Positions 9,082-21,632 of a stretch of DNA of 64,000 nucleotides are shown here, one piece after another. The DNA is from Patescibacteria group bacterium (lineage in GTDB: Bacteria; Patescibacteriota; Minisyncoccia; Phycocordibacterales; JACOZG01): the NCBI GenBank assembly GCA_034658935.1, contig JAYEGE010000001.1, forward strand, positions 46,295-110,294, read 5' to 3'. Each line of letters opens with the position of its first letter. Positions within the stretch are counted from its first letter, which is position 1. A program made the translations under genes and the position numbers. Under the pieces are notes generated by a model. That model worked only from the letters and a program-made list of their open reading frames with translations, ran no database searches and was not told the DNA's origin.

Positions 9082-10515
9082 CTACTTCTGGATTTCCTTG
9101 GCTGGGGAAATTTGATCCCCTTGCTTCAGACTGACGCAGATGTAGACGTCAACTTCCTTGTTCTCCTTGACCTCTCTGGAGAACAAGTGGAGGACATCGA
9201 GTTTGCCCAGGAAAGGATCCTCCCGGGTTACCGTGACCTGGCGCGTGCGCTTCAGACCAGAAACGACCACGGTCTTCCCCGAAGGAGCAACGACCGAAGT
9301 GTCCACGCTACTGCGCATCAGAACCGGAAGTCCTGTCTGGCCATAGCCGACAACAGAAGTGCTATCCGCTTCGATGTTGATGCGGGCACCCGCCTTGGCG
9401 ATGTTCCCGGAGAGCGTCAAGGTGATACCTTCAACCACCTGGGCTTCCCCGAGGGTCCGAGTGCCATCTTCGGCGGTTAGGGTCGCCCGCCTTGGTGCCT
9501 CGATCGCCCAGGCCAGAGTGGACGACTTACCATTCATGATGGCCACGTCGGCTTTTTGATTCACTCTGCAACGTCCTTGCTCCACCATGTAATTGATGAA
9601 GCCGGCCAGAGCCTGTGGGCTAATGCCCGAGGCCACGACCGAGAAGCTGGAAGGCCTGAGCTGGCTTAGCTTGTCGCCGGACAGACTCAGCCCACCAGTG
9701 ACACAGGAAGTGTCACTGGTCGTGATTCCAGTGTCAAAACCGCCTGCGCCCGAAAGAATCGAGCGGCTCCCACCAAAACTGGCAGAAATCGACGTCGGCA
9801 AGGTTCGGATCCAGGCATTCCAGTCGGTCCCGATATCTGAACCGTCGCCGTTGTACATCTCAACGATCGTGACCTCGACGATCTCCCGCGGTGATGGTTG
9901 ATCATACTTGGCCACTATTGTCATCAGGAATGGTACAATCGTGGGATCATCCTCGATCGTCAAGATGTTTGCCACCTCGTCGACATGAAGCATCCCCATG
10001 GAAGTCAGCTCGGGGCGCACCGCCGCAGCAATGGCTGCCGCAGGTCGGTACGTCGGACGATAGACCTCCGTCGCCGGCAAGTTGCCGAAGAACGTGATCT
10101 CTCCGGAGTTCACCTTTTCAATGGTTTGGGCAATACTCGCCTGCATATCAGGCGTTGCCGTCACCACCAAAAGAACGATTTCCTCCTTGCCCCGCTTGAT
10201 CGACGCCACAGAGGTACTGCCCCCGCGCCCGTCGGCCTCCAACATGGTGTTGAAGTTTCGGGCGATGTTCACCCGATCGGCTGCTTTCAGGCCAATGACC
10301 TCGTAGGTCTCCATGACCATCTGGCCGTCGCTGACGGTCAAATTGTAATTGCCGGGTTCGCCGGCGATTACAACCCGCTCCGTGTCTACCGTGTTCGTTG
10401 TGTTCGTTGCCACCGTTGCCGCTTCTTGCTATGCCAGGGCGTCCTGGCTGAAATACAGCACGGACGACATCGCGATCAACATGGTCGCTACAATTGTTGC
10501 CCAATTCTTCTTCAT
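9082..10515 (-). pseudogene. Secretin-like protein (GspD/PulD family) with an in-frame TAG after the signal peptide
   Basis: MKKNWATIVATMLIAMSSVLYFSQDALA-TAG(10429-10431)-QEAATV in frame with the 443-aa ORF; secretin N domain (VDEVANILTIED..KYDQP..VEVTIVE) and core (GITLTLS..SGKTVVVSGL..PFLGKL..HLFS). Confidence 0.72.
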
Positions 10516-10615
10516 CGGTTTTTCCCTTTCTTGTTTGTGGCCACAAGCCACACTTAGCGATAAGTGCCTGCATACAACAGGCACCGAAGAAACGCTATTG
10601 CAATGATCTTCTTCC

Positions 10616-10644
10616 GTTGTACACTATCTAGTTTTATTTGTCAA
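10616..10644 (-). promoter_or_regulatory. Sigma70 promoter of the secretin gene
   Basis: TTGACA-17 nt-TACAAC on the minus strand. Confidence 0.6.
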
Positions 10645-10967
10645 ATATAAAAACCCCGCCCGGCCATGATCGGCAGAACGGGGGATGCATCCGCAGAGAG
10701 AGTTTTTTGTTCCTCATACGCGCCCTGTCTGTCGGCCGCGGAAGAATTGGTCCCACACTAGACCTAAAAGGTCTATCTCGGGGATGGCTTTCTGCCAAAC
10801 TCTTGAGGTATTTTGGAAAGTTTTATTGTATTAGCCAGCACTGATGCCAACCTCCCACCTCGCTTAAACCAAGATCAATCTACCCACTAGCCTAACAAAC
10901 TGACAAGATTTGTCAAGCTTTTTTTAATGACCCAGAATGGAGGACGGGAAAGGGACCAGGAATAAGG

Positions 10968-14176
<3,209 letters not shown>

Positions 14177-14184
<8 letters not shown>

Positions 14185-15370
14185 TCAATCTTAATTTTAA
14201 ATCATTAAGGACATTCATGAAAGAGATGAAAGCTTCATAAGGTGATTCATAGGGACTGAAGTACTTATGGACATCACCATCATGCCACCATTTAGTACAC
14301 ATATAATAGAGATGGTCTGAAGTCTGGAGGCGACGCCAATTTTCAATCAGAGCCTTATCCTTACTCTTTAGTACCGGCGCCTCTAGGGCATAGAGCTTCT
14401 GTGCCGCCTCTTGCTGAAGCGGATTGCCAAGCCAAGCCGATAAATCACGCTCGGTATCGGCCCAAGAATAAAAATCAGGGGCATCAATCTCGGCCACTGG
14501 CTCGTTGCGCCGCAGGGCCTCGGAGACTGTTACGAAATCATTGTCAGGGTTCTTTAACACTTCTTCTGGCAAGGCCCGCAAAAACTCGAAGATGCCCGTA
14601 TCTTCCCATTGGTGCTCACCAAAGGTCTCATAATCCATAAATAGATTCACTAAGTGACCGTTGCCGTTGACTGCTGAAACCCAATTGGCAAACTTAGGAG
14701 CGCTAAGTGGCCACTCACTCCAGTCTTTAGAAGAAAAACGAAAAGCAATATCGTCTGACAATTTATAATTCTTTAATAGAAGTTTGATCGCCTTGGTACC
14801 CTTGGGGCTATAGGCAAAATTAGAGTTACGCCAATCAAGAATATGGTCCGCGCCTTCGGCCAAGATGCCCTTATAACCCAAAAGCTCGACCTCGCGAGCC
14901 AAAGCATTATTGTAAATTAATTCAGTATGACGAAAAACTTCTGGTTCGTAATCGAAGAGATCAATGATCTTACGGCGATGTAGGCGGACCTGGCGACGAA
15001 ACTCGTCAAGTGAGTATAGATAAGCCAGGGAATGGTAATAGGTCTCGGCCAATAGCTCCACTCGCCCGGTCTTGATCAATTTTCTGAAAGATTCGAGAAC
15101 CTCCGGCGCGTATTCCTCAAGTTGTTCTAGGAAAACTCCCGAGAGGGAGAAAGTGGCTTTGAATTCTGGGTGCTTGTTTAATAAATCAAGTAAGACCTGA
15201 TTGGTGGGAAGATAGCATTTCTCAGCTACCTTGTGGACAATCTTGCGATTATTGGTATCCGCCTCAGAGTCATCATTAAAATAATGGGGGTCGTTGCCGA
15301 TATCGAACACCCGGTACTTCTTGATCCGTCGTGGCTGGTGGCACTGAAAATAGAAACAAACCGAGGGCAT
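14177..15370 (-). CDS. Glycoside hydrolase family 57 (alpha-amylase-like)
   Basis: YFQCHQP, ETYYHSL, FRHTELIY, DYETFGEHQW, LQTSDH. Confidence 0.93.
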
Positions 15371-15397
15371 AACAATATTTTAGCATAAAAAAGCCCC

Positions 15398-15601
15398 CTA
15401 GTGCGGGGGCAGGGAGACATCTTCATTAGGGTTACAACTTGGGAAGCAGCGGCCACATGGCCGGCCCTTATCAAAACCTCGGCCTTTTAGATGATACTGG
15501 ATTAGGCCGAAGATGATGAGCGCGGCGGCGGCGAACAGTCCTACAGTACAAGCGACCGCCAACATGAAAATCTCTCCAAGGGACATTTCAGCTAACATCA
15601 T
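15398..15601 (-). CDS. Small membrane protein with C-terminal CxxCxxxC
   Basis: AAAGGAG SD, TM helix, Cys cluster; hairpin terminator at about 15387-15410. Confidence 0.55.
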   Translation of the reverse strand: MMLAEMSLGEIFMLAVACTVGLFAAAALIIFGLIQYHLKGRGFDKGRPCGRCFPSCNPNEDVSLPPH

Positions 15602-15616
15602 GGCTCCTTTCTGTGG

Positions 15617-15889
15617 TCAAGAGGTAGAATCCGCTCCACCACAAGTAAGTTGCTTCCCGCAACCACCACAAAAGCGGGCGGACGGCTTATTGGTACAGCC
15701 ACAGCTACCACATTTTATACCAAACACGAGGCCCTTTATTTCGCAACCAGATCCCCGACCTCCGGCACCAGGTCCGATCTCCTTTTTCTTCCTGCCTGTA
15801 ATCGAGGCAAGAATGCTGCGCACGACGATAAACAAAGCCAGACACAACACCGCAGCAAATACCGCGCCACCTAAAAAACTACCCATCAC
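15617..15889 (-). CDS. Small membrane-anchored zinc-ribbon protein
   Basis: GGAGG SD; N-terminal TM; CGSCG..N..SARFCGGCG zinc ribbon. Confidence 0.7.
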   Translation of the reverse strand: MMGSFLGGAVFAAVLCLALFIVVRSILASITGRKKKEIGPGAGGRGSGCEIKGLVFGIKCGSCGCTNKPSARFCGGCGKQLTCGGADSTS

Positions 15890-15936
15890 ATCCTCCCTGG
15901 AAATTAAAGTTGGGAATGATCAACAACGCTAAGCTG

Positions 15937-15965
15937 AACTTAGCATGGAGAAAGAACTATGTCAA
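15937..15965 (-). promoter_or_regulatory. Sigma70 promoter of the two small Cys proteins
   Basis: TTGACA-17 nt-TAAGTT with extended -10 TG. Confidence 0.6.
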
Positions 15966-15971
15966 GAGTAA

Positions 15972-17207
15972 TTAGGCGGTGGTAGGAGCAGAAACAAGTT
16001 GCTTATAGAAATCGACGCATTTCTTGGCAGCCTTGGCCCAAGTCACATTAGCTACCTCCTGGCGACCATATTCAGTTAAAGTTTCCTTCAAAGTATCGTG
16101 CCTGAAGACAGCTAGGATTTGATTGGCCATTTCATCCACATCCCAAAAATCTACTTTGAGGACGTGGGAAACTACCTCGGCCACGCCCGATTGTTTAGAA
16201 ATCATCACTGGTGTGCCATTGGCCAGAGATTCAAGAGGGGTAATGCCAAAAGGCTCTGAAACTGAAGGGAGGATGTAGAGATCGGCCGCTTGATAAATAC
16301 GATTCAGCTCAGCTCCACGCAAGAAGCTAGGAAAGATGAAGCGGTCGGCGATACCCAAGCTGGCGGCCAGACTCATCGTCTGCCCCAACATATCCCCTGA
16401 ACCAACCACCACAAAAAAAGTTTTGGGCTCAAACTCCAGAACCCTCTTGGCCATCCGAACAAAATAATCTGGCCCTTTTTGCAGAGTCACGCGGCCAACA
16501 AAGAGAACGATCTTATTGCCTGCCTTTTTTAACTTCTCTAGGCTATCGGCCTCTCGCCTACCTCCGTACTCCTCTGCCCTAATCCCATTGTGAACAACTT
16601 TGATTTTGGATTCAGACACGCCGTAATGCTTCATCACTAGCTTCTTGGTCCAATCACTAACAGTAACAACCCCATCAGCCTGATGCATACCCTCTTTTTC
16701 TATTTGATAGACCTGTTGGTTTACGCCATTACCCCCTCCCCTGTCAAATTCAGTCGCATGGACATGGACTACCAAAGGCTTACCTGTTACCCGCTTAGCC
16801 ATTAAACCGGCAGGGTAAGAGAGCCAATCATGGGCGTGAATTACATCGAAGTCTTCTGCGGCGGCAATGGCTTTAGCCCTTTGCCCATAACAAAGCACTT
16901 CCTCCAGAAGACTGCTGCCGTAATAGTCTGCGCCGTCACCCAACAAAGCCTTGAATTCCTCATAAGATTGACTGGTGACATAAGGGTAAAGTAGAGCTGG
17001 AACTCGGCGCACCTTCATCTGGTCCACATCGGCAAAGACTATTTTCTCAACTTGCCCTTCCGTCTCTCCTATCTTCTTCGGCAGGACAAAGATAGTCTCT
17101 ATATCTTGATCAGCGAGCGCAGAAGTTAAACCCTCACAAGCAGTGCCAAGACCGCCACTATTGTGAGGTGGAAATTCCCAACCAAACATCAGGACCCTAA
17201 GTCCCAT
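15972..17207 (-). CDS. Glycosyltransferase family 4 (glycogen-synthase-like)
   Basis: GWEFPP..GGLG, HAHDWL, HVHATE, SEPFGITPLE. Confidence 0.92.
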   Translation of the reverse strand: MGLRVLMFGWEFPPHNSGGLGTACEGLTSALADQDIETIFVLPKKIGETEGQVEKIVFADVDQMKVRRVPALLYPYVTSQSYEEFKALLGDGADYYGSSLLEEVLCYGQRAKAIAAAEDFDVIHAHDWLSYPAGLMAKRVTGKPLVVHVHATEFDRGGGNGVNQQVYQIEKEGMHQADGVVTVSDWTKKLVMKHYGVSESKIKVVHNGIRAEEYGGRREADSLEKLKKAGNKIVLFVGRVTLQKGPDYFVRMAKRVLEFEPKTFFVVVGSGDMLGQTMSLAASLGIADRFIFPSFLRGAELNRIYQAADLYILPSVSEPFGITPLESLANGTPVMISKQSGVAEVVSHVLKVDFWDVDEMANQILAVFRHDTLKETLTEYGRQEVANVTWAKAAKKCVDFYKQLVSAPTTA

Positions 17208-17261
17208 AATATAAACTCATTATACTCTCTCTCGCACTTATGAGCTAAATTTATTTGTGGA

Positions 17262-18272
17262 TCAAGCGGAAGCGCTCTCTTGATAGATCTCAACTAAGGC
17301 GGCAAGTAGGCTGAGGGTTACCGGCCCCAAGATCAAACCAATGGGGCCGAAGAAGATTAGACCACCCAAGGCGGCGAAGAGCATCATTAGGGGGTGAACT
17401 TTACCGCCACGGCTATAGAGTGATGGAGCGAGTAAGTTATCGACAAGACCGACGATGAGAGCTCCCCAGATTAACAAGCCGAGAGCGTAAGCCCAATGAG
17501 TAGTTACTAGGAGGAAGATTATACCGGGAATCAAAACCAAGGAGGTCCCGACACCAGGAATAAGGGCAGACAAGACTGCCGTAGTCCCCCAAAGTGTAGC
17601 CTTGGGAACACCGAAGAGGGCGAAGCCGACTCCCACTAAGAACCCCTGAAGGAGGGCAACCAAGAGGACCCCACGAACAACGGCCTTAATGGTAATAGCC
17701 AGCTTTTGGCCGATATTCTCATCGTGGTGATCTGGTAAGGGGCTCAGTTTAATAAGCGCCTTGTGGAAACGCGGCCCATCTCTTAGGAGATAAAAGAGGG
17801 CAATCAGCCACAGCAGAGCCTTAAAGAGGAAGCTTGCGGCCCCAGAGAAAATGGAGCCGAGACTATTCACCGCCCAAGCGGCCAATTGATTGAATTGGGC
17901 CCGCCAATCAAGTTCTCCAACATTAATCACCCGGCCAAACAAGTCACTCAGGGAATCATCAAGATGGTCCCAATAGGCCGAACTATTGCCAGACAAATAG
18001 ACGTAAACGTCGCGCGCTTCATTAACTAATTGGGTCAGGAAGAAGGAAGACGCGACAACAATAATCACGAGAACCAAGGCCACTAAAACTAGAGCGGCCA
18101 GAGTTTGTCTGCCACCAAATTGACGTGCTAGGCGCCGCTGCAACGGCGCCAAAACAACGGCAAAAACAACCGCCAGAGCCAGAGTATTGAGGAAAGGCAA
18201 GAGAATCAAAAGGACCAATAAGGTAATCGCCAGCAAGAAGCTAAGAAAAAAATGCCATTCCCTTTTACGCAT
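17262..18272 (-). CDS. AI-2E family transporter
   Basis: Multi-TM; FYLLRDG, VDNLLAP, HPLM..GG..FGPIGLILGP. Confidence 0.9.
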   Translation of the reverse strand: MRKREWHFFLSFLLAITLLVLLILLPFLNTLALAVVFAVVLAPLQRRLARQFGGRQTLAALVLVALVLVIIVVASSFFLTQLVNEARDVYVYLSGNSSAYWDHLDDSLSDLFGRVINVGELDWRAQFNQLAAWAVNSLGSIFSGAASFLFKALLWLIALFYLLRDGPRFHKALIKLSPLPDHHDENIGQKLAITIKAVVRGVLLVALLQGFLVGVGFALFGVPKATLWGTTAVLSALIPGVGTSLVLIPGIIFLLVTTHWAYALGLLIWGALIVGLVDNLLAPSLYSRGGKVHPLMMLFAALGGLIFFGPIGLILGPVTLSLLAALVEIYQESASA

Positions 18273-18317
18273 AATTAATATTATAAAGGTCTAGTCCGGT
18301 GAAGACAAGAAGTGCTT

Positions 18318-18566
18318 CTATTTAACGCCGATTTTGGTTTTCACTTGCCGCATATCATGCTCGAGATGGTCTAGACGAACCTCATGACTAGTTTCACCAC
18401 CATCAAGTCGTAACTCGATGGCGTCAAAACGTTTACCGACCTGGTCGAACCTCTTATCGACTTGGGCAAATTTCTGCCAGACTTTCTCAAATTGCTCATC
18501 CATGCCACGAAAACCATTCGCAACCATGCGGGCCAAGTATTCAAGAGTGATCTTTTTAGGCGTCAT
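18318..18566 (-). CDS. Small coiled-coil hypothetical protein
   Basis: Heptad-like FEKV/FAQVDKRF/FDQVGKRF repeats. Confidence 0.7.
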   Translation of the reverse strand: MTPKKITLEYLARMVANGFRGMDEQFEKVWQKFAQVDKRFDQVGKRFDAIELRLDGGETSHEVRLDHLEHDMRQVKTKIGVK

Positions 18567-18573
18567 GGCTTGA

Positions 18574-18828
18574 TTATACTTTAGTCTTGGGGTTTGTAAA
18601 TTCTTTGCGTTTTAGAATGTTTATTTTAGGGATACCCAGGATCGCCCTGGTCTTATTATTACTGGTAGTGTTGATTTCTCGAGCCAGATAAACCGCCTGC
18701 TCATCTTCCTTGAAGAGCCAACCGACAGCATCAAAGATTACTAACTCGAAATGATGGTCGAGCTCAAACTCACCAAAATCATAAACAGCGCTGTCTAGAT
18801 ATTGAACATAAATAATAGGAAATTTCAT
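18574..18828 (-). CDS. Hypothetical protein
   Basis: 84-aa ORF, protein-like composition, collinear with neighbours. Confidence 0.6.
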   Translation of the reverse strand: MKFPIIYVQYLDSAVYDFGEFELDHHFELVIFDAVGWLFKEDEQAVYLAREINTTSNNKTRAILGIPKINILKRKEFTNPKTKV

Positions 18829-18852
18829 AACACAAGATTAGAAGTTAAATAA

Positions 18853-18875
18853 GCGGCTTTTTAGGAAAAAGCCGC
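18853..18875. terminator. Hairpin terminator after the Gly-rich peptide gene
   Basis: GCGGCTTTTT-AGG-AAAAAGCCGC perfect 10-bp stem. Confidence 0.65.
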
Positions 18876-18900
18876 AAAACCGATGAGGGCAGTAGGGTAA

Positions 18901-19014
18901 TCAACCGCGAGGGCCGCGTTGGCCGCCGGAACCGTTGTTGCCACTCCCGTGACCACCACTTTGGCCGCCATGGGGACCAGTTGGCTGGTTTTTTCCGCCA
19001 CGATATCTACGCAT
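18901..19014 (-). CDS. 37-aa Gly-rich basic peptide (not in ORF track)
   Basis: AAAGGAGGTGA SD 5 nt before ATG; MRRYRGGKNQPTGPHGGQSGGHGSGNNGSGGQRGPRG. Confidence 0.6.
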   Translation of the reverse strand: MRRYRGGKNQPTGPHGGQSGGHGSGNNGSGGQRGPRG

Positions 19015-19423
19015 GCGCCTCACCTCCTTTCCTTTCTCTCAAGAGGCCTACGGGATATCGGCGACTACAGCCGCCTCCCAGGATCAATCCAACAATAACG
19101 CTTGCCATCGAGATGTTTATCTCTATTTACCACCTTTCATCTCCCGAGCACCACTCTTTAGTGCAAGGACCTAATAATCGGCCAAGACGCTCCTGACCTT
19201 CTGATTAAGAGGATAAGTTATGGGAAAATGTTGTCGATAGCTGACAACAGGAGCACCATTACCTCATGGGTTGTCAAAACATGTTAATCATTAAAAATAG
19301 AGGCGGACCTCACCCCTCTCAATATCCCAGCTCCCTGTCAACACAAACAAACAAAAAAACTTGTCGGATCCACCAACAAGTCCTCCCCTGTCCACCCCAC
19401 CAAACAACCCAAACTGTTCAGGG

Positions 19424-19476
19424 CCAAACTTGGACACTTAGTGTCTGGGAGTGCGACACTGAGTGTCCAAGTTTGG
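19424..19476. repeat. Palindromic element family B, intergenic
   Basis: 22-bp arms CCAAACTTGGACACTTAGTGTC / GACACTGAGTGTCCAAGTTTGG (one G-T), loop TGGGAGTGC. Confidence 0.9.
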
Positions 19477-19485
19477 GCAACCAGT

Positions 19486-19899
19486 TCAGTTAGTGTCAAA
19501 GGTTTCCTTGATTTTTTCCTTAATCTCGTCCCTAACCCTAATATGCGTTTCCATGGAAGTATCCTTTGGATCATCAATTACCCACACCCGCCTATCTGGA
19601 TGCGCCTTCACAAAGTCTGGAACCGTCTCGGGTTGAGCCATATCAATAATGATATCTGCCTCATTAACCATTTCTTGGGTAACTAATCTCCGAATATGAC
19701 CTCGCACATCAGCCCCCTCCTCCCCCATCGTATTAATAGCGAATTGGGTTTTTGGTAACAAACTAACAAGAGATTGCTCCGGACCAGTTAATAAGGTGCC
19801 GGCCGAATGAGCATCCTGTGTGCCCGTTAGGGTATTGTATAAATACTCACCACAAACACTCCGCCCCACGTTTCCTTTGCATAGAAATAATATTTTCAT
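19486..19899 (-). CDS. Low-molecular-weight protein tyrosine phosphatase / arsenate reductase family
   Basis: LFLCKGNVGRS P-loop, SAGT, W.IDDP. Confidence 0.88.
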   Translation of the reverse strand: MKILFLCKGNVGRSVCGEYLYNTLTGTQDAHSAGTLLTGPEQSLVSLLPKTQFAINTMGEEGADVRGHIRRLVTQEMVNEADIIIDMAQPETVPDFVKAHPDRRVWVIDDPKDTSMETHIRVRDEIKEKIKETFDTN

Positions 19900-19922
19900 A
19901 TCAGAAGCCTAAGTTGTTCTTA

Positions 19923-19993
19923 CTGCCGGCCAGGGACTCGAACCCCGATACCCGCCTCCAAAGGGCGGTGTCCTACCATTAGACGAGCCGGCA
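19923..19993 (-). tRNA. tRNA-Gln(TTG)
   Basis: Cloverleaf: acceptor TGCCGGC/GCCGGCA, anticodon arm CCGCC-CTTTGGA-GGCGG, GTTCGAGTC; no encoded CCA. Confidence 0.95.
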
Positions 19994-20008
19994 TTAATTA
20001 ATCAACTT

Positions 20009-20695
20009 CTAAACAATATTATTGATCATCCCTTTTGTCCACCCGGCAACCTTCCTGTTCAGGTGCGAGCTACTTTTAACCCTCACGACGAGCAAACCAT
20101 GATAAGACCGACCAATGTTTTTTCTATTACTCGACTTGTGCTTTTTAAAATACACCTTCTGGAAATTCTGAACGGGTAACCCCGTAACGTCTAACCAATA
20201 TTTAGTGACTTCACCGATCTTCACCCTATTATTTTCATGGATGCAGACTCTGCAACAGATTTCATCACCAGAGACACAGAGAATTTCTGAAAGCCACTTC
20301 AAGTAGAGCTTTATCATACTCGGATCAGAATTAGCAAAACTGAGACCAACGCCAGTATTCCATTCCTTTTCTTTATCTCCCTCAGCCCAATACAAAGCAA
20401 CGCCTATCAACCAAAGATCTCTTTTGGAAATCTTTCCGACCTCCTTTTCCGACATCTTATGTATTTCGTCTGTCAGCCTAATTCGCTGATCCCTGCGAGC
20501 CTGTCCGCCCTTCATCTGAGCTTCTTTTTTTCTGTCTGTAAGCCTTTGCTTTTGGGATTTTGAGAGGCCGGCGTCTCGCAACCAAAGAGATAGCGTAGAT
20601 TTGGAAACAGAAATTTTTTCAAGGATCTCGGAATAGGTTAGACCTTGTTTTCTTAACTCTATCGCTTCTTGTTTTTCAACTAATTTAGATACCAT
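20009..20695 (-). CDS. HTH protein with LAGLIDADG-like C-terminal domain, abutting tRNA-Gln
   Basis: N-terminal HTH (LRKQGLTYSEI..VSKSTLSLWL), ALYWAEGDK helix, FANSDP. Confidence 0.7.
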   Translation of the reverse strand: MVSKLVEKQEAIELRKQGLTYSEILEKISVSKSTLSLWLRDAGLSKSQKQRLTDRKKEAQMKGGQARRDQRIRLTDEIHKMSEKEVGKISKRDLWLIGVALYWAEGDKEKEWNTGVGLSFANSDPSMIKLYLKWLSEILCVSGDEICCRVCIHENNRVKIGEVTKYWLDVTGLPVQNFQKVYFKKHKSSNRKNIGRSYHGLLVVRVKSSSHLNRKVAGWTKGMINNIV

Positions 20696-20804
20696 ACGAA
20701 CAGCTATTCTACATTAATATTATAGCATATAGATGTTCGACTCTCCAACAACTTGATATTGGGTGACACAAACTGATAACCTGGGTAAGTATATTGAAAC
20801 CTAT

Positions 20805-21188
20805 ATGACGAAGAAGAAACTCCAATTAAAGAAACTTATAATAGATGTCCGAGTGGAGAAACTAGACAGAGCCATCTCTTTCTATCGCGATGTATTAGGT
20901 CTAACAATAATTACAAAAGCTGATGTGTGGGCATCCTTTGAGGCTCAGGGAGCAGAGATACATTTGTACGCCCAAGGAGGTGTCGATACTGGTTTTGAGT
21001 TTAGAGTGGCAGATATTGAGGTGGCAGTCGATGTGCTCAGGGGTCGTGATGTTAATTTCTATACCGACAAGAAGGCTCCAAACCTTCAAAAAATAACAGA
21101 TGAAGTAATAATGCACTTCCCCTGGGGAAAGGCAGTGTTCTTCAAGGATACAGAGGGTAATGAGCTGGCTTTGGTTGAAGACATTTAA
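20805..21188 (+). CDS. VOC/glyoxalase family protein
   Basis: LDRAISFYRDVLGL, F.VADI, PWGK..FFKDTEGN. Confidence 0.88.
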   Translation: MTKKKLQLKKLIIDVRVEKLDRAISFYRDVLGLTIITKADVWASFEAQGAEIHLYAQGGVDTGFEFRVADIEVAVDVLRGRDVNFYTDKKAPNLQKITDEVIMHFPWGKAVFFKDTEGNELALVEDI

Positions 21189-21265
21189 CTACAAGTAGAC
21201 TGAAGCCTATATCAAGGATTTTAACAAATCACTCCCCCTCGCTTAGGCATGATATAATCCACGAT

Positions 21266-21397
21266 ATGAATACACCAAAAAAGATTCCAAGTGTTGTTTT
21301 TAAGACCCACACCCATAATAAAAATGTCTGCGGGGGTGGCCCCTTTGCCTGGGTCAATGTCTCGACAGACGAAATTTTCAAAAACAAGATGAGGTAG
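21266..21397 (+). pseudogene. N-terminal remnant of a Prx5/redoxin-type peroxiredoxin
   Basis: MNTPKKIPSVVFKT..GGGPFAWVNVSTDEIFKNK then stop, just before the expected PGAFTPTC motif. Confidence 0.6.
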
Positions 21398-21537
21398 AAG
21401 AACTAATCTGGGTGGGCAAAGAGCGGCTTCTGGAAGAGGTCGGGCAAAACCCAAATAAGTACATCCCATCCATGCCCGGGATTCTAAATCTACTGTACAG
21501 CAATTAAACTAAGCCACGCTAAGATTGTGAAAACAAC

Positions 21538-21558
21538 TGTCAAGGTCCGACCTTGACA
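21538..21558. repeat. REP-like palindrome family D (AGGT-N3-ACCT core)
   Basis: TGTCAAGGT-CCG-ACCTTGACA perfect IR without a T-tail. Confidence 0.6.
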
Positions 21559-21632
21559 TAGGTTGGGGTAGCAAAGAGCCCTTGGTGCACCCGCTCGCCC
21601 GCAAGCACTGAGCTCTGCTATAATAATCGTTC

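Noticed and set aside
9037-10606. Multiple overlapping ORFs around the secretin
   Set aside because: Shadow frames of a GC-rich gene with no motifs
19266-19686. Short ORFs spanning the family B hairpin
   Set aside because: Open by chance across a palindrome and antisense to, or overlapping, the phosphatase gene
20697-20739. Gram-positive LexA box (CGAAC-N4-GTTCG)
   Set aside because: Half-sites are far too widely spaced, and none is seen upstream of the uvr genes
21221-21469. 82-aa minus-strand ORF
   Set aside because: The plus strand carries recognisable gene remnants; this ORF is their shadow
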